A DNA stretch of 58,382 bases, filler included, from Sandaracinaceae bacterium (GCA_947483975.1; 4 parts of 4 records of this genome joined end to end with filler, not necessarily neighbours in it), one strand, 5' to 3'; numbered from the whole stretch's first letter, positions 18,566 through 35,502 are shown. Numbers and translations: made by a program. The notes: generated from the sequence alone by a model not told the origin.

Positions 18566-19680
18566 CTACCCCCGCGCATCTCGTGCTCGCAGATGGCACT
18601 GTGTTCTCCGGACGCGCGATCGGCGCGGCGGGCGTCACCGTCGGCGAGGTCGTCTTCACGACCGGCATGACCGGCTACCAAGAGGTCCTGACGGACCCTT
18701 CGTACTGCGGGCAGCTCGTCACGATGACCGCGCCCGAGATCGGCAACACCGGCGTGAACGTCGAGGACGACGAGGCGCGCAAGCCCGCGCTCGCTGGCTT
18801 CATCGTGCACGAGCTGAGTTCGGTCGCGAGCAACTGGCGCACGAGCGAGACGCTCGACGCATACCTGCGCAAGCACGGCATCGTCGGCCTGCAGGGCATC
18901 GACACCCGCACGCTCACGCGGCACATCCGGGACGCGGGCGCGCAAATGGCTGCCATCGGCAGCGAGGACCCGAAGACGCTCCACGACCGCGCGCGGTCTG
19001 CGCCTCCGATGAGCGGCCGTGACCTCACGGGCGAGGTCACGACGAAGGCGCCGTACACCTGGGCGCAGGGCTCGGGCGTGTGGCTCGAGGCGTCGCGCCC
19101 AGCCGCGTCGGCGCGCCCGTACCACGTCGTCGCGATCGACTTCGGGGTCAAGCAGAGCATCCTGCGATGCCTCGTCGACGCGGGCTGTTCCGTGACGGTC
19201 GTGCCCTCGACGAGCACCGCCGAGCAGGTGCTCGCGCTCTCGCCCGATGGCGTGTTTCTCTCCAACGGGCCGGGCGATCCCTCGGCCGTCACGCAGGCGA
19301 TCGAGACGACGCGCGCGCTCCTCGGCAAGAAGCCCCTCTTCGGGATCTGCCTCGGTCATCAGATCCTCGGCCTCGCGCTCGGCGGCACGACCTACAAGCT
19401 GAAGTTCGGGCATCGCGGCCTGAACCAGCCGGTCAAGGACCTGGTCACCGGCAAGATCGAGGTCACCACCCAGAACCACGGCTTCTGCGTCGACATGGAC
19501 AGCCTCGCCGGCAAGTGCGAGGCCACGCACGTGCACCTCAACGACGGCACCGTCGAGGGCCTCGTCCACCACGAGACCGGCGCGTTCAGCGTGCAGTACC
19601 ACCCGGAGTCGAGCGCCGGACCGCACGACGCGCGCTACCTCTTCGACCGCTTCGTGAAGTCGGTCGCCGCTGCACGCTGA
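18562..19680 (+). CDS. carA: Carbamoyl-phosphate synthase small subunit
   Basis: GEVVFTTGMTGYQEVLTDPSY, GIDTR, LSNGPGDP, FGICLGHQ, FGHRG.N.PV, QNHGF, SVQYHPE. Confidence 0.97.
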   Translation: MTTPAHLVLADGTVFSGRAIGAAGVTVGEVVFTTGMTGYQEVLTDPSYCGQLVTMTAPEIGNTGVNVEDDEARKPALAGFIVHELSSVASNWRTSETLDAYLRKHGIVGLQGIDTRTLTRHIRDAGAQMAAIGSEDPKTLHDRARSAPPMSGRDLTGEVTTKAPYTWAQGSGVWLEASRPAASARPYHVVAIDFGVKQSILRCLVDAGCSVTVVPSTSTAEQVLALSPDGVFLSNGPGDPSAVTQAIETTRALLGKKPLFGICLGHQILGLALGGTTYKLKFGHRGLNQPVKDLVTGKIEVTTQNHGFCVDMDSLAGKCEATHVHLNDGTVEGLVHHETGAFSVQYHPESSAGPHDARYLFDRFVKSVAAAR

Positions 19681-19715
19681 GCCACTCGCAGCGCGCCGGC
19701 CCCCCCCGAGGAGTG

Positions 19716-20603
19716 ATGACGAGCCTGCGCGCAGCGACGGACGCCGACGTCGAACATCGGACGATCGAGGTCGGCCCCGACGCTGACGGTCGGTCCATCA
19801 AGCTGCACGTCGCCGTCGCGGGACCAGAGGACGGGCAGCCCATCGTGTTGCTGCACGGCTTCCCCGAGTTCTGGTGGTCCTGGCGCTACCAGATTCTGCC
19901 CCTCGTCGTGGCTGGCTTCCGCGTGATCGCGCCTGATCTGCGGGGCTACAACATCTCTGAGAAGCCCGTCGGCGTCCGGGCGTACCGCCTCGACAACCTC
20001 GTCTCGGACATCGCTGGGCTGGTGCGCGCGCTCGGGTACGCGCGCGTGCACCTCGTGGCGCACGACTGGGGCGGCGTCATCGCGTGGCACGTCGCCGCGT
20101 CGCGCCCCGAGGTCGTCGAGCGCCTCGTCATCTTGAACGCGCCGCACCCGGCGCTGTTCGTCCGCGAGCTACGCAGGTGGTCGCAGCTCAAGCGCAGCTG
20201 GTACGTATTCGCGTTTCAACTCCCGCTCTTCGCGGAGCATCGCCTCGCGAAGCGAACGACGCTCGTCCGCACGTTCCGCGGCTGGTCGCGTCGGCGCGAG
20301 CACTTCGATGACGCGACGATCGACCGTTACCTCGCCGCCGTTCGACGGCCGGGCGCGGCGCGCAGCATGGTGAACTACTACCGCGCGCTCTTCCGTGAGC
20401 GGCCCCGACGCCTCGCGCCGATCTCCGCCAAGACGCTGGTCCTCTGGGGCACCGACGATCGCGCTCTCGGTCCCGAACTCCTCGTCGGGCTCGAGCCACA
20501 CGTCCGCGACCTGCGCATCGAGCGCGTCGAGGACGCGAGTCACTGGGTGGCGCAGGACGCCCCGGAGAAGGTCAACGCGCTGCTCCTCGAGTTCCTGCGC
20601 TGA
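19716..20603 (+). CDS. Alpha/beta hydrolase, epoxide hydrolase-like
   Basis: LLHGFPEFWWSWRYQ, APDLRGYN, nucleophile HDWGG, NYYRA, SHWV; GAGGAG upstream. Confidence 0.9.
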   Translation: MTSLRAATDADVEHRTIEVGPDADGRSIKLHVAVAGPEDGQPIVLLHGFPEFWWSWRYQILPLVVAGFRVIAPDLRGYNISEKPVGVRAYRLDNLVSDIAGLVRALGYARVHLVAHDWGGVIAWHVAASRPEVVERLVILNAPHPALFVRELRRWSQLKRSWYVFAFQLPLFAEHRLAKRTTLVRTFRGWSRRREHFDDATIDRYLAAVRRPGAARSMVNYYRALFRERPRRLAPISAKTLVLWGTDDRALGPELLVGLEPHVRDLRIERVEDASHWVAQDAPEKVNALLLEFLR

Positions 20604-20657
20604 GCGCAGCGCGCTCATAGTTTCGCCGCGCGTCGCGCTCTGCTATAGGGCGCAGCC

Positions 20658-21371
20658 ATGGACAAAGTCGTGGCGAGCGCAGCGCAAGCGGTGGCAGACA
20701 TCGGAGACGGGGCGACCGTGCTCGCCGGCGGCTTCGGGCTCTGTGGGATTCCCGAACTGGCGATCGCGGCGTTGCGCGAGAAGGGCGTGAAGGACCTCAC
20801 GTTCGTCTCGAACAACTGCGGCGTCGACGAATTCGGCCTCGGCATCCTGCTTCAGAACAAGCAGGTCAAGCGGATGGTCTCGAGCTACGTCGGCGAGAAC
20901 AAGGAGTTCGAGCGGCAGTTCCTCTCGGGGGAGCTCGAGGTCGAGCTCGTGCCGCAAGGCACGCTCGCCGAGCGACTGCGCGCGGGCGGCGCCGGCATCC
21001 CGGCGTTCTTCACGCCTGCCGGCTACGGGACGCAGATCGCCGACGGCAAAGAGACGCGCGAGTTCGACGGCCGGATGTACGTGATGGAGCGCGGCATCAC
21101 CGGCGACTTCGCGATCATCAAGGCGTGGAAGGGCGACCGCTACGGGAACCTCGTGTTCCGTCGCACGGCGCGCAACTTCAACCCGCTCTGCGGCATGGCG
21201 GGGCGCATCACGATCGCGGAGGTCGAGGAGCTCGTCGAGGTCGGCTCGATCGACCCGGACGACGTGCACCTGCCAGGCATCTTCGTGCAGCGAGTCGTCG
21301 TCGGGAAACACGAGAAGCGGATCGAGCGGCGTACGGTGCAGAAGCCCGCGCAGAAGAAGGAGAGCGTCTGA
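20658..21371 (+). CDS. scoA: 3-oxoacid CoA-transferase subunit A
   Basis: [53 protein letters not shown]. Confidence 0.92.
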   Translation: MDKVVASAAQAVADIGDGATVLAGGFGLCGIPELAIAALREKGVKDLTFVSNNCGVDEFGLGILLQNKQVKRMVSSYVGENKEFERQFLSGELEVELVPQGTLAERLRAGGAGIPAFFTPAGYGTQIADGKETREFDGRMYVMERGITGDFAIIKAWKGDRYGNLVFRRTARNFNPLCGMAGRITIAEVEELVEVGSIDPDDVHLPGIFVQRVVVGKHEKRIERRTVQKPAQKKESV

Positions 21372-22024
21372 TGCTGACGCGTGAACAGATCGCGATGCGC
21401 GCCGCTCAAGAGCTGCGCGATGGCTTCTACGTCAACCTCGGCATCGGCATCCCGACGCTCGTGGCGAACTACGTCCCCGCTGGGATCGAGGTCGTGCTGC
21501 AGAGCGAGAACGGCCTGCTCGGCATCGGGCCCTACCCGGTGTCAGGCGCCGAGGACGCCGACGTGATCAACGCCGGCAAAGAGACGATCACGACGATGCC
21601 CGGGTCGTCCACGTTCGACAGCGCGCTCTCGTTCGCGATGATCCGGGGCGGGCACATCGACCTCGCGATCCTCGGCGCGATGGAGGTCGCGGAGAACGGC
21701 GACCTCGCGAACTGGATGATCCCCGGCAAGATGGTCAAGGGGATGGGCGGCGCCATGGATCTCGTGCACGGCGCCAAGCGCGTCGTCGTGATCATGGAGC
21801 ACACGTCGAAGGACGGTTCGCCCAAGATCCTCAGGTCGTGCGCGCTGCCGCTCACCGGCAAGGGCGTCGTGCATCGCATCATCACGGACCTCGCCGTGAT
21901 CGATGTGACCGCCGAGGGCCTGATGCTGCGCGAGGTCGCGCCGGGCGTCAGCGCGAAGGACGTTCAAGCGAAGACCGAGCCTGTGCTGCACGCCGGGCCG
22001 GACCTGCTCGTGATGAAGTTTTGA
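21371..22024 (+). CDS. scoB: 3-oxoacid CoA-transferase subunit B
   Basis: [14 protein letters not shown], catalytic [36 protein letters not shown] coupling to scoA. Confidence 0.92.
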   Translation: MLTREQIAMRAAQELRDGFYVNLGIGIPTLVANYVPAGIEVVLQSENGLLGIGPYPVSGAEDADVINAGKETITTMPGSSTFDSALSFAMIRGGHIDLAILGAMEVAENGDLANWMIPGKMVKGMGGAMDLVHGAKRVVVIMEHTSKDGSPKILRSCALPLTGKGVVHRIITDLAVIDVTAEGLMLREVAPGVSAKDVQAKTEPVLHAGPDLLVMKF

Positions 22025-22070
22025 GCAGCAACGAATCGCCCTACCCGCGCCCACACGCCCCGACGGAAGT

Positions 22071-22108
22071 GCGTCCCCCTGGTTTTTCCTGTTCCTGCGG
22101 GGGGACGC
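22071..22108. terminator. Inverted repeat GCGTCCCCC...GGGGGACGC downstream of scoB
   Basis: 9-bp perfect stem with a 20-nt pyrimidine-rich loop; no clear U-tract follows. Confidence 0.35.
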
Positions 22109-22157
22109 GGCACGTTAGGCTGCCGCGGTGGGGCTTCAGACAGTACGGCGAGCGCGG

Positions 22158-22967
22158 ATGAGGACGGAGCAGGGGCATTTCTCAGGCGGTCGGCTGCTGA
22201 GCGCTCTCGTCTGCATCTCGGTCCTCGCGTCGGCCGCCACGGCGCGCGCGGACGGGAGTCACTCGCTCGGCAACGCCTTGCACGGAGCCGCCCGCGGACC
22301 GCTCGCCCTCGCGGCCACGCGCTTGTTCGCTCGGCTCGAGCGTGGGGCGCGGACGGGGCCTCAACTCGAAGCGCCCGGCTTCGCGCACGAGCTGGAGCGC
22401 TCTTGGTCGGTCGCACCGGACGCGGCGCTCAGGTTTGATGGCATGGGCGCTGTCTTCGACCTCGCGTCGGTGCTGAGCGTCGTGCCAGCGCTGCCGCGGC
22501 TCGACGGACGCGCGCGAGTCTGGCTCGCCCAGGACACCGCCTCGTCGGCGATGTCGAGCTCCGCCGCGTGCGCGCACATCGACGCCGCCAAGCCCGAGAC
22601 CACGACCTGCGACCGCTTCGTCGACGCCGCGACGCTCGCCGCCGCCAACCGTGGTGAGGGCAACACTGCACCAGGGGCCGCGTTGAGGGGCGCAGGCTCC
22701 CGCATGCTGCGCTCGTTCGGGCTCGGCTCGATCTCGGGCCAGCCGGTGCTCGTGCTCGACGGCGCGGAGGACCCCGCGGCGGCAGCGCGGAGCGAGCTCG
22801 ACGCGCTCGCGTGGCTGCACTTGCCACCCCGCACCTGGCAGGGCCCGGACGTCGAGGACGACGTCTCGCTGCTCGCCCTGCGCTCGCGCCACGGCCGGGG
22901 CGCGATGGGCGTGACGACCAAGCTGACCATGCGCAGCGCGACCGTCCGCCTCATCGGTACGTTCTAG
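22158..22967 (+). CDS. Hypothetical exported protein
   Basis: Signal peptide LLSALVCISVLASAATARA; ends in a beta-strand-like VRLIGTF. Confidence 0.55.
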   Translation: MRTEQGHFSGGRLLSALVCISVLASAATARADGSHSLGNALHGAARGPLALAATRLFARLERGARTGPQLEAPGFAHELERSWSVAPDAALRFDGMGAVFDLASVLSVVPALPRLDGRARVWLAQDTASSAMSSSAACAHIDAAKPETTTCDRFVDAATLAAANRGEGNTAPGAALRGAGSRMLRSFGLGSISGQPVLVLDGAEDPAAAARSELDALAWLHLPPRTWQGPDVEDDVSLLALRSRHGRGAMGVTTKLTMRSATVRLIGTF

Positions 22968-22971
22968 AGGC

Positions 22972-28500
<5,529 letters not shown>

Positions 28501-28529
28501 GAAGGGCTCGGGTGCTAAGTCGGGCGTGG

Positions 28530-29372
28530 ATGAAGGGGTCTGGCGAGCGCAGGTCGGGGTGCGTGATCGCGGCCCTCGTCGCGGGTGTCTGGGCGTGCGG
28601 GCCGACGGTTATAGGGCTCACGGCGGCACTGTCCAGTCGTGCAGTGGTCCAAGCGCAGGACGCTCCGGTGACGGACGACCGGGCGCTCGAGCGCACGCTG
28701 CTGAACGCCGAGCGGGAGCTCGCGCGACATCGCACCCGGCAAGCGTTGCTGCTCTTGCGTCGAGCGGTGCAGCGCGCCCCGAGCGACGCGCGCGCGCCCC
28801 TGCGTCTGGCCGCGCTGCTGCTGCCGTCCGAGCTGGGCGAGCCATCCGACGCAGCGAGCGTCGCGGGCGCAGCGGAGGTCCGCAGCGCGACGCAGGGCGC
28901 GGCGGGCGCGCCGGGGCAAGACATCCCGACGAGGCTGCGCCTCGAGCGCCTGTCGGCTTGGGCGCAGGCGGTGGGCGGGGACCGAGCCGGCGCGGTGGAA
29001 GCGCTGGCGACTCGCTGCGGGCGGTTGGACGACGACTCCGCGCTGCTCCTGCGCAAGCTGGCCGCGGAGTTCGCGCGGCAGGGGCAACTCGCCGACGCCG
29101 AGGCGGCGCTGACGCACGCGATGCGCTGCGGCGCAGACGTCCTCGCGCCGCTCTCGGAGCTAGGCGCCGTGCGGCTCGCGCGCGGGCGCTCCTCGGAGGC
29201 GGTCGAGACCTTTCACGAGGTCCTGCGGCGGCTCCCGGGCGACGCAGACGCGCAGCGGGATCTCGCGGGCGCGCTCCTCGCCGATGGACGAGCGCGCGAG
29301 GCGCTCACGCTCTTCGCGGCCGTCACGGCAACGTGCCCGAGACAGGCACGTTGTCAGCTCGACCTGGCCCGC
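28530..29372 (+). CDS. Exported tetratricopeptide-repeat protein, truncated at the contig end
   Basis: Hydrophobic leader followed by TPR-like helices ([40 protein letters not shown]). Confidence 0.7.
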
Positions 29373-29472
29373 NNNNNNNNNNNNNNNNNNNNNNNNNNNN
29401 NNNNNNNNNNNNNNNNTTAATTAATTAANNNNNNNNNNNNNNNNNNNNNNNNNNNNNNNNNNNNNNNNNNNN
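29373..29472. other. Artificial contig spacer
   Basis: 44 N + TTAATTAATTAA + 44 N. Confidence 0.99.
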
Positions 29473-29473
29473 C

Positions 29474-29641
29474 CACACCAAGCGCCGACACGACGCCCCG
29501 CGCGACGTGCTCGCGCACGACGTCGCCACGCCCCCGGTCGCCGTGCCGCCTCCGACCCCGCCAGCGCATACGGATACGCCGCCCAGCCACGGCGGACTCG
29601 TCGGCGTCGATGAATTCGACGGCGACGACGGACGTCGCTGA
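29474..29641 (+). CDS. 3' end of a gene truncated by the contig start (Pro-rich tail)
   Basis: Open frame HTKRRHDAPRDVLAHDVATPPVAVPPPTPP...GLVGVDEFDGDDGRR* with host codon use. Confidence 0.45.
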   Translation, partial: HTKRRHDAPRDVLAHDVATPPVAVPPPTPPAHTDTPPSHGGLVGVDEFDGDDGRR

Positions 29642-29702
29642 CGGCGCGCGCTGCGTTCGGCGGTCCCGCTCCGGGAGGCGCCCGTGATAGCGTCTCCCCT
29701 CC

Positions 29703-30965
29703 GTGAGCCGCCCCTCGCACGAGATACCGTCGCCGCCGACGCACTTCGGCCCCTACGAGATCGTCGCGCGCGTCGCGGCCGGCGGGATGGCCGAGGTGTA
29801 CGCGGCGCGCTCGCGGGACCCGCAGGGCATCGACAAGCTCGTCGCGATCAAGCGCCTGCTCGAGCACCTCGTCGACGAGCCCCGCTTCGTCGAGATGTTC
29901 CTCGACGAGGCGCGCATCGCCGCGAACATCCACAGCCCGCACTGCGTCGAGACGCTCGATCTCGGCCGCGCGGACGACGGGATGCCGTACCTCGTGATGG
30001 ACCTCGTCGTCGGCGCGCCGCTCTCTCGCCTCGCCGCGCGCGTCGACGGCCCGTGGCCGCCCGCGATGGTCGGCGTGCTGCTCGCCGAGGCCGCTGACGG
30101 CCTGCACGACGCGCACGAGGCGCGCGACGCGAACGGCATCGAGCTGCACATCGTGCACCGCGACGTCTCGCCGCAGAACGTCCTCGTCGGCATCGACGGG
30201 CGCGTGCGCATCGCGGACTTCGGCGTCGCGCGCGCCGTGATGCGCATCACCAAGACCAAGACCGGGCAGATCAAGGGCAAGCTCGGCTACTTCTCGCCCG
30301 AGCAGGCGATGGGCACCGAGCTCGACCGGCGCTCGGACATCTTCTCGCTCGGCATCGTCGCCTGGGAGCTGCTCGCGGGGCGGCGGCTCTTTCGCTCGAA
30401 GCAGCTCCTCGAGATCTACAAGAAGATCGTGCTCGAGGAGGTGCCGTCGCTCCTCGAGGCGGCGCCGCACGTCCCGCCCGCGCTCGCCGACGCCGTGATG
30501 GTCGCGCTCCGCCGTGACCCCGCCGAGCGCTACCCCGACGCCTCGAGCTTCGCGGATGCGCTGCGCGCCGCCGCGAGCGAGACGGGGCGCCTGCCCAACA
30601 ACGACGAGATCGCCGACTTCGTGTGGCGCTACGGCGGCGAGCAGGTCGGCGCGCTCGTCCGCGCGATCGAGCGCAGCGACACGGGCCTCAACCGCGCCGA
30701 CACGCGCGCGATGCTGCAGCTACCGCCGAGCCGCGACGCGATGATCGACGTGCCGACCGATGAGCAGATGACGCGCATCAACGAGCGCACCGACGGCGGC
30801 AGCGACTCGGCGTCGCAGCCGTCCCTGCCGACGGTGTTGCGTAGCGGCCCCGCGAGCGGCGTCGAGGTCAGCGCGCAGCAGCCGCGGCAACAGCCCGCAG
30901 CGCCCGTGAAGACTGGCGTCTTCGAGCGCTTCTCCGACTGGCTCACGCGGCTGTTCGGCGGTTGA
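29703..30965 (+). CDS. Cytoplasmic Hanks-type Ser/Thr protein kinase
   Basis: AGGMAEVY, VAIKR, MFLDEAR, HRDVSPQN, DFG, KGKLGYFSPEQ, DIFSLG; no transmembrane helix. Confidence 0.92.
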   Translation: MSRPSHEIPSPPTHFGPYEIVARVAAGGMAEVYAARSRDPQGIDKLVAIKRLLEHLVDEPRFVEMFLDEARIAANIHSPHCVETLDLGRADDGMPYLVMDLVVGAPLSRLAARVDGPWPPAMVGVLLAEAADGLHDAHEARDANGIELHIVHRDVSPQNVLVGIDGRVRIADFGVARAVMRITKTKTGQIKGKLGYFSPEQAMGTELDRRSDIFSLGIVAWELLAGRRLFRSKQLLEIYKKIVLEEVPSLLEAAPHVPPALADAVMVALRRDPAERYPDASSFADALRAAASETGRLPNNDEIADFVWRYGGEQVGALVRAIERSDTGLNRADTRAMLQLPPSRDAMIDVPTDEQMTRINERTDGGSDSASQPSLPTVLRSGPASGVEVSAQQPRQQPAAPVKTGVFERFSDWLTRLFGG

Positions 30966-31094
30966 AATGAACGGTGGATTCTCGGCGGAGGCGCGAGCCC
31001 ATACACGCCCGAGAGGAAGTCGTCACCCGTCCTGAGCTGCGCTCGGCGCCCACAGGCTTCTACGAACCATCTATTCAGCCGGGTGAGAGAGTCC

Positions 31095-32246
31095 ATGCGT
31101 ATCCAGCAAGTCGTGATGAAGAAGTTCCCCGCAGACCTCGCCCAGCTGCAGACGCTGCACGACCTCGCGCCGCAGTTGCTCCTGGTGTTCGCCAGCCCGG
31201 TCCACTTCTCCGACGGGCAGCTGACGCAGGCGCTGCTCGAGCGCTTCCCTCAGGCGCAGCTCGTGGGCTGTTCCACCGCGGGCGAGATCTCGCAGCAGGG
31301 CGTTGAAAATGGCAGCGTCGTCGTCACCGCGCTGCACTTCGAGAGCGTGCAGTTTCGGGTCGTGAGCACGGAGCTGACCGCGATGGAGGGCTCGTTCCAG
31401 GCTGGCGCAGCGCTCGCGCAGCAGCTCGCGGGCTGGGAGCCGAAGGCGGCGCTCGTGCTGGGGCAGGGCGTGAACATCAACGGCAGCGCGCTGATCGACG
31501 GCATGGTCAGCTTGCTAGGGTCGGCGCTGCCGATCGTGGGCGGCCTGGCGGGAGACGACGCCGCCTTTCAGAAGACCTTCACGCTGTGCAATCAGGGGGC
31601 GTCGTCCACGCGCGTTCTGGCGCTCGGGCTCAGGGGCGAGGCCCTGCGGTTTGCGCACGGCTGCTTTGGCGGCTGGAAGCCGTTTGGCCCCGTACGCAAG
31701 GTCACGCGCAGCGTGAACAACGTGCTGTACGAGCTCGACGGCAAACCCGCGCTCGAGGTCTACAAGCGCTACCTCGGCGAATACGCCAAGGACCTGCCGG
31801 GCTCGGGGCTGCTGTTCCCCTTCGAGATGCTCAGCGGGGCGCGCGAGCCCTCGGGCCTGATCCGCACCATCCTGGGTGTGAACGAGGCAGACGGCAGCGT
31901 GACGCTGGCCGGCGCCATCAGCCAGGACGGCTATCTCCGCTTGATGCACGCCCAGACCGACGCCCTGCTCGACGGCGCCGAGGAGGCGGCGCGCGCCACC
32001 CTCGCGGGGCTGCAGCAAGACGGCGCGCCGGGCCTGGCGCTGCTGGTCAGCTGCGTCGGACGCAAGCTCGTGATGGGCGGGCGCGTGGATGAGGAGATCG
32101 AGGTCGTGCACGACACTCTGGGGCCGCAGGCGACGCTGGCCGGCTTCTACTCCTATGGCGAGATCAGCCCCGGCAACGGCCTCCAAGAGTGCCAGTTGCA
32201 CAACCAGACGATGACCATCTCCTACCTGGGTGAGTCGGCCGGATGA
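31095..32246 (+). CDS. FIST N/FIST C domain protein (NosP-like sensor)
   Basis: GCSTAGEI, GGLAGD, GGWKPFGP...VT.S..NVLYELDG.PAL, VSCVGRK, GFYSYGEI, LHNQTMT. Confidence 0.9.
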   Translation: MRIQQVVMKKFPADLAQLQTLHDLAPQLLLVFASPVHFSDGQLTQALLERFPQAQLVGCSTAGEISQQGVENGSVVVTALHFESVQFRVVSTELTAMEGSFQAGAALAQQLAGWEPKAALVLGQGVNINGSALIDGMVSLLGSALPIVGGLAGDDAAFQKTFTLCNQGASSTRVLALGLRGEALRFAHGCFGGWKPFGPVRKVTRSVNNVLYELDGKPALEVYKRYLGEYAKDLPGSGLLFPFEMLSGAREPSGLIRTILGVNEADGSVTLAGAISQDGYLRLMHAQTDALLDGAEEAARATLAGLQQDGAPGLALLVSCVGRKLVMGGRVDEEIEVVHDTLGPQATLAGFYSYGEISPGNGLQECQLHNQTMTISYLGESAG

Positions 32247-35200
32247 CCCACAAGCTGCTCCAGCGCCAACTCAAGCGCTCGCTGGGCGTCGCCGACGAAG
32301 CAGAGCTCGCCCTGCTGCTGGCCGAGCTGCAGACGCTGGCTCAGCGCAGCGAGCTGTCGCCTTTGGCGCAGCGCAGCCTGTGCGGGCTCGAGTTCTTTCT
32401 CGTTCAGGTGGACGAGGCCTATGTTCAAGGCGAGCGCGCGCTCGGCTTGAGCACGCGCAGTCTGGAGCTGAGCTCGGACGAATTGAGCCAGGCCAACGAG
32501 GACCTGCGCGAGCAAGCCGCGACGCGCGAGCTCGCGCTCAAGACCTTGAGAGTCACGACGAATCAGCTGTTGGAGCCGCTGGGGCAACACATCGGCGAGG
32601 ACGATCAGAGCCTCGGCCGCCTGACGCAGTTGTTGTCCGGGCTGGTGCGCGACTTCTTGGAGACGCGAAAGAGCGCGGAGTCGTCGTATGCCAAGCTGCA
32701 ACATCAGCAGTTTGCGCTGGACCAGCACGCCATCGTGAGCATTACGGACAAGGCTGGTCGAATCCTGTACGCGAACGAGAAGTTCTGCAGCATCAGCAAG
32801 ATCTCCTACGACGACCTGATCGGCAAGGACCATCGCGTCGTCAACTCCGGGCTGCACAGCAAGGAGTTCTTTCGCGAGATGTGGAGCACCATCTCCAGCG
32901 GCAAGGTCTGGCACGGCGAGATAAGAAACCAGGCCTCAGACGGCACCATTTACTGGGTCTCAGCGACCATCGTGCCTTTTCTGGATAGTCAACAGCAGCC
33001 TTATCAGTACATCTCGCTGCGCACCGACATCACCGCGCAAAAGGCGATGGAAGCCGAGATCGTCTCTCGCGGCCGCATGCTGGAGAACATCATGGACACG
33101 CTGGGGGAAGGCGTCTATCTCCTGGACAGTCAGGGCGTCTGTACCTACGCGAACCGCGAGGCGGAGTCGCTGCTCGGGTGGAGCCGGGAGGAGATGCAGG
33201 GCCAGGTGTTGCACGACCTGATCCACGCCAACCCCGCTGACGGCAGGGCGCTGCCACGAAGCGAATGCGCCATGCAGGTGCGCACCCAGCAGAGTGAGGT
33301 GTACCGCTCCGAAACGGAGGTGTTCACGCGCAAGAGTGGTGGGCAGTTTCCCATCGCGATCGTCGCGGCGCCCATCATCGAGAGCGGGCAGGTCACCGGA
33401 TCGGTCGCCGCGTTCCAGGACATCAGCGCCCGCAAACGCACCGAGGAGGACCTGCGCCAAGCCGACGTCAAGCAGCGCATGTTGATCGACAACGCCGCCG
33501 ACGCCGTGCTCATTCTGGGCAGCCGAGGCGAGCTGATGTACGCGAATGAGCTCGCCATCAAGTTGCTGGGTTACTCGCACGCTGAGCTCCTGGGCGTCTC
33601 GATCTTCAGTCTGCTCCCGGGCTCGTTCCGCGAGCTGTACGACCAGACCCTGAGCCATGAGCTGGGCAAGACGCGACGGCTGCACACCGAGGTCCCGTTC
33701 ACCCACAAGGACGGCCACGAGATCCCCTTGGAGTTGAACGCAGCTGTGCTGCCGGACGGCAATGTCTATGTATCGTGCCGCGACATCACCCTCCGCAAGG
33801 AGGTCGAGAACCAGCTGTTGCGGGCCAAAGAGGCAGCCGAGGCCACGAGCAAGGCCAAGAGCGACTTCCTCGCCACGATGAGCCACGAGATCCGCACGCC
33901 GATGAACGGCATCATCGGCATGACCGATCTCGCGCTCGAGACTCAGCTCGACGCCGACCAGCGCGACTACCTGGGGCTCGTGAAGTCGTCCGCTGATTCG
34001 CTGCTGACCATCATCAACGACATCCTCGATTTCTCGAAGATCGAGTCCGGAAAGCTGGAGCTGGAACAGGTCGAGTTCGACCTGCGCTCGCTGCTGACGG
34101 CGACCACCAAGGTGCTCGCCGTGCACGCCGAGCAAAAGGGCATGACGGCGCTCTACGAGGTCGAGGAAGGCGTCCCCGAGAGCCTGCTGGGTGACCCCGG
34201 ACGGCTGCGCCAGGTGTTGACGAACCTGCTGGGCAACGCGTTCAAGTTCGCTGACCGCGGTGAGGTCTCGGTGCGCGTCAAGACACTCGCGCTCCAGGGG
34301 AGCCGAGTGGTCCTGGGTTTCGAGGTGCAAGACGAGGGCATCGGCATCGCCAGCGACAAGTTGGCCAGCATCTTCGAGGTCTTCACCCAGGCCGACACCT
34401 CGACGACGCGCAAATATGGTGGCACCGGCCTAGGGCTGGCCATCTCCAGCCGACTCGTGGCGGCGATGGGTGGGCGACTCTCGGTCAAGAGCGCGCTTGG
34501 GACTGGCAGCGTATTCAGCTTTGATGCCGTGTTCGCGGTCGCCGAGGCCGGGCAGAGGGGCGCTTCGACGGAGGCGCTCCACGGCCGCGACCTCGGCGTG
34601 CTGAGCCGTCTCCACGAGCCCCTCGATCAGAGGGAGTTGTCCGCTGTCGTGGGCGTCGCCCCGGGCGCGCAGTCGGAGGTCGCGCTGAGCACGCAGGAGA
34701 AGCTCCCGGACGGGCCATCGCAGCAGGCGCTACACATCCTGCTGGCGGAAGACAACGCGGTGAATCAGAAGCTGGCGCTGACGCTGCTCGCCAAGTGGGG
34801 ACACAGGGTCGCCGTGGTGTCGGATGGCCTGCAGGCGGTCGAGCAAGCGCGGCAGCAGCACTACGACGTGATCTTGATGGACCTGCAGATGCGCGAGATG
34901 GGCGGCCTGGAGGCAACGCGGCTGATCCGGGCGCGTGAGGCAGCGTCAGGGCGGCACACGCCGATCGTGGCGCTGACGGCCAACGCGATGAGCGAGGACG
35001 AGCAGCGCTGTCTGGACGCGGGCATGGACGGCTATCTGTCCAAGCCGCTGAGCGCCAAGCGCCTGCGGGAGCTTTTGGCCACCATCCCCGCGAGCGCGCC
35101 GCCCGCGTCCCTGCCGCACAGCGTGCCTGAGGCGCCGTTTGATTATGCCGGGGCGTTGGCCAGCGCCGACCCTTGGGTGGTCGAGACCATCGGCCAAGCC

Positions 35201-35467
35201 TTTCTGGACGACTGCCCGCGGCAACTCACGGAGATCAAGAGCGCGATCGAGGCCTCAGACGCGCCGGCTCTCATGCGCGCGGTCCACACGTTTCGCGGAC
35301 TGGTCGGCAATTTCAACGCCCAGCGCGTCGAGAAGCTGGCGCGCGAGCTCGAGCATCTCGGCCGCGCGGGCGACCTGATCCACGCGCACATCCTCTTCAG
35401 CCAGATGGAAGACGAGATGCAGGCACTCAGCTTGGCGCTCGCTCGGACGCTGGCGGCGCTGCCGTAG
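32243..35467 (+). CDS. Hybrid sensor histidine kinase: 3 PAS, HisKA, HATPase, REC, Hpt
   Basis: H-box [16 protein letters not shown]-box [35 protein letters not shown]...LMDLQM...KP; Hpt AVHTFRG; ATGA coupling to the FIST gene. Confidence 0.93.
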   Translation: MTHKLLQRQLKRSLGVADEAELALLLAELQTLAQRSELSPLAQRSLCGLEFFLVQVDEAYVQGERALGLSTRSLELSSDELSQANEDLREQAATRELALKTLRVTTNQLLEPLGQHIGEDDQSLGRLTQLLSGLVRDFLETRKSAESSYAKLQHQQFALDQHAIVSITDKAGRILYANEKFCSISKISYDDLIGKDHRVVNSGLHSKEFFREMWSTISSGKVWHGEIRNQASDGTIYWVSATIVPFLDSQQQPYQYISLRTDITAQKAMEAEIVSRGRMLENIMDTLGEGVYLLDSQGVCTYANREAESLLGWSREEMQGQVLHDLIHANPADGRALPRSECAMQVRTQQSEVYRSETEVFTRKSGGQFPIAIVAAPIIESGQVTGSVAAFQDISARKRTEEDLRQADVKQRMLIDNAADAVLILGSRGELMYANELAIKLLGYSHAELLGVSIFSLLPGSFRELYDQTLSHELGKTRRLHTEVPFTHKDGHEIPLELNAAVLPDGNVYVSCRDITLRKEVENQLLRAKEAAEATSKAKSDFLATMSHEIRTPMNGIIGMTDLALETQLDADQRDYLGLVKSSADSLLTIINDILDFSKIESGKLELEQVEFDLRSLLTATTKVLAVHAEQKGMTALYEVEEGVPESLLGDPGRLRQVLTNLLGNAFKFADRGEVSVRVKTLALQGSRVVLGFEVQDEGIGIASDKLASIFEVFTQADTSTTRKYGGTGLGLAISSRLVAAMGGRLSVKSALGTGSVFSFDAVFAVAEAGQRGASTEALHGRDLGVLSRLHEPLDQRELSAVVGVAPGAQSEVALSTQEKLPDGPSQQALHILLAEDNAVNQKLALTLLAKWGHRVAVVSDGLQAVEQARQQHYDVILMDLQMREMGGLEATRLIRAREAASGRHTPIVALTANAMSEDEQRCLDAGMDGYLSKPLSAKRLRELLATIPASAPPASLPHSVPEAPFDYAGALASADPWVVETIGQAFLDDCPRQLTEIKSAIEASDAPALMRAVHTFRGLVGNFNAQRVEKLARELEHLGRAGDLIHAHILFSQMEDEMQALSLALARTLAALP

Positions 35468-35502
35468 GAGGACTGCGCCAAACAGGGGCTATGCCGCTCG
35501 GA

